Assembly: GCA_951406725.2 (NCBI GenBank)
Contig: OX597814.1
Location: forward strand, 201,252,001 to 201,316,000
Origin: Octopus vulgaris
Taxonomy: Eukaryota
DNA: 64,000 nucleotides
Reading direction: 5' to 3'
The notes beneath the pieces were generated by a model. It made no database searches. It saw only the letters and a program-made list of their open reading frames with translations, and was not told the origin of the DNA. Each line of letters begins with the position of its first letter. Within the stretch, counting starts at the first letter, position 1. Positions 61,190 to 64,000 of the stretch are shown in pieces. The translations under genes were made by a program, and so were the position numbers.

Positions 61190-62640
61190 TGACAGTGGGG
61201 GAAAGCCAAATGAAGGAGTCAGGTATTCATTTGCAAACTGAAAACTTCTACAGCTGACTGCCGATAACAACAAATCCTCTCGCCCAGACTATATGCGCAT
61301 TCCCTCTTCCTGAATGTAGCGATTCATGCCGGCACCGGTAATTGGTGACAGAGAGAGCACCTTCATCAGCCATTGTATGTCTGAAATGCAGCAGAGGTTT
61401 TCAAAAGCTTCTTCACTTTTCTGTTTTTAAAGAGAGTCTTATCACTCGATCAGCTTCAAGCAGTCCACTGGCTGTCGTGCCTCGATATTGTAAACTACTT
61501 TGACAGTAGCCATTGTTGTTGTTCATAGCGATGTGCCTTTCAGAAGCTCCAAGAAATACTGCATTTGCTTATAGTTGCTTTCAGCTCGTTTTAGTGCTGT
61601 TGCCTCTATGCACCAATGAGTTGGATACAATGCCTGCAACATGACGCCATTCTCACCTCAGGGGCTTCTCTACAGTGCCTTTCTTTTGGTGACTCTTTAC
61701 GAAGAATCGTGCATTGGTCAACACACTTCAGTCATCACCGATAATAGCAGCCTTTAAGCCAACTTCTTGAAGGGCGAGCTCCAGAGAATTGTTTCCGCAC
61801 TGTACACAATACGTACCAGAAGACATGTTCTTCAATCTCTTTTGGATGCTGGAAACGTTTCCGCTCATGGTAGTTGCACCATAAAAAGGAAAAGCAGTCA
61901 TAATTTTGAGACCAGCGACATGTTTAGTTGGTGTCTCCAAGGAGCAGTCAGGAGGGTAATAAAAACCGAGAAAATCTTTGTGTATATCCAGGTCTTCAGA
62001 AACCTAATGAACAATGCTTGATTCTTGCTCTATGCCAGAGCAATCAGTAGTGCCATTACATATAATACCAATAAACATGGAATTTTCAACTTTGTTTTTC
62101 CTGAGCACACGCCTCTAGGATTTAGTGTATCAGATAGGGAATTATTTCGATGTTTAAGCCGCTGGTTTACTTCTACGCTGTATTTTCAGCAAGTTCTTTT
62201 GCGAGTTCTACAAAGTTTCCTGTGGTATCAGGAACTACTATATGCAGCAGTTTTTCTTGGAATTTTGTTCCGTTTTCGTGCGCCAGTCAACAAGACAGTT
62301 TCCTTAGTTGTTGTGATTCTGTTATGCTAAACTCCTTCCAGACAACAACAGCATCATGATGAATATCATAATGAAGCCATGGGGCTTCCTCAAACGAGCC
62401 TAGGGGATATGAATGTTTCTCTGTGTTGTTTGGAAATTTTAATGTCTTTCAGTCACAAATTGTTTTTCTGAAGTGCAAAATTTTGATGGCACTTCTTAAC
62501 ATGTTAGAAGTGTGTTGTCATTAATTTTGTCACTGGATTGTACTTCCTTAGTCTCCGAAGATCCTGAATTCTCTTGACGAGGCGCAGTACGGAAGAAATC
62601 TGTAATTTTTCTCACTTTTACGTCTGGCGAATTTGACATA
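61190..62640 (-). pseudogene. hAT transposase pseudogene (ZMYM1-like type)
   Basis: PWLHY, DFLGFY, YGATTMSGNVSSIQKRL...YCVQCGNNSLELALQE, LYPTHWC (LCxTRW-like). Confidence 0.7.
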
Positions 62641-63563
62641 ATACATACAGCTGAAAAAAAATGGAAAAAGTAAAAAAAAGTGCAAACAGATCAACAATTT
62701 CATATTTGAAAAGCAGGGTTTCTCTCAATTATTTTTGATTAATTTATTAAAACATACTTGTTTAACATCGTTATCAGACAGAAAAAGTGAATATATATAT
62801 TTTTTCATTTTACAACTTTAAAATTCAACACAGTTCGAAAAAACTAAAAGCAATATGATATACATTTTCGTATTTTGGAACTGAGATAAAGAAGTAACAT
62901 ACAGTATGTGCAATAATGTGAATTATATTTTGTATATTAAAATATGTTTAATTTCGGAGATATACCCAGCGACCGAGTTAATGTTTGGCGAAGCAAACAT
63001 AAGCATGATAACTTTTCCAACTTCTCTCCTCTAAAGATACAAATTGCAAGTGTTTCAAAATGTGGGACCCAGCACGACGAAAACTAACAAAAAAGAAAAA
63101 AAAATGTGGGGACTTGTGTTCCAAAGGTAAGATGAGAGGGCTCAGGAGAAGGACAGAAAGATGGAATAGAAGGGTAGAAAGCAAGACAGAAACAAAGAAA
63201 GGAAAGATGGAATAAAAGGTGGAAAGATAAGACAAACCGTCGCATTATATTAACAAAGGAACGAACGAAAGGTCATGCACAAGACGAGCTATCGTCCAAA
63301 AATTATAATTTCACGCCTTTTGCAGTAAAATTTGGAGGCGCAACAGCAAAAACGACTTTGGGACCAATGAGTGGACATGAAGGACAGAATGAAACCAATA
63401 CAAGAGAATAAAAAAAGACGACAGGTTATGTAGATCCTGCATTGTATAAGCTTGGATGGGAGTAACTGGAAAGAAGACAAGGATGGTTGTGATGCAGCAT
63501 CAAAGAGAATTCTCAGGGTGCCAGAAAATGAGTTTAAGTGAGAATATGGACAATGGATTAAGG

Positions 63564-63597
<34 letters not shown>

Positions 63598-63934
63598 TGC
63601 GTCAGTTTTATATGAATCTGAGAGGAGATTGGCAGGTGATCAGAGATGGAAGTGAAGATGAATATAGTGAGTGATGAACAAAGGTGGAGGCATGGTTGAT
63701 GGTGAATATTGGCATGGTGGTGATGGTGGTGGTGGTGGTGTGTACGAATGAAAGAGAGAGGGGAAGAGAAGGAGAGAAATACAAGTGGCCCAGGAAGGAA
63801 CACGTGACAAACGGCAGCACAGAAAGGAAGGAGAGTAATAGTGTTATAAAATCTATAAACAGATCTAAAAGTAGGGAGATGGTGTGCAAGCTGTGAGCGT
63901 GGAGGGGAGGGATTCATTCCGATCATCATCATCA

Positions 63935-63970
<36 letters not shown>

Positions 63971-64000
63971 TCACCATCATCATCACCATCATCATCATCA

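Overview
AT-rich, microsatellite-dense eukaryotic DNA made almost entirely of interspersed repeats. The repeat style suggests a coleoid cephalopod (octopus-like) intron or intergenic region; this is inference only. No host protein-coding exon can be supported, and most ORF-track entries are microsatellite or SINE read-throughs. Coding remnants: a Naiad-type Penelope-like element (PLE; RT + GIY-YIG, 790-aa open frame), an internally deleted R4/Dong-type RLE LINE, RTE, CR1-like and L1/Tx1 fragments, mariner, maT (DD37D) and hAT transposases, and decayed Helitron helicase pieces, one of which appears to have seeded a 20 x 64-bp minisatellite. The most striking signal is a hidden layer of hammerhead-ribozyme (HHR) folds in about eight different repeat families. 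These include a tRNA-headed SINE ending in a PLE-type minimal HHR and inserted with PLE-like inverted-terminus geometry inside a 12-bp target duplication, and core variants (G3:C8 swap, U4C). Many local inverted duplications are also present. All alignments and folds were read by eye, so element boundaries are approximate and ribozyme activity is untested. SINE family letters (A, B, C, D, E, F, H) are my own labels.
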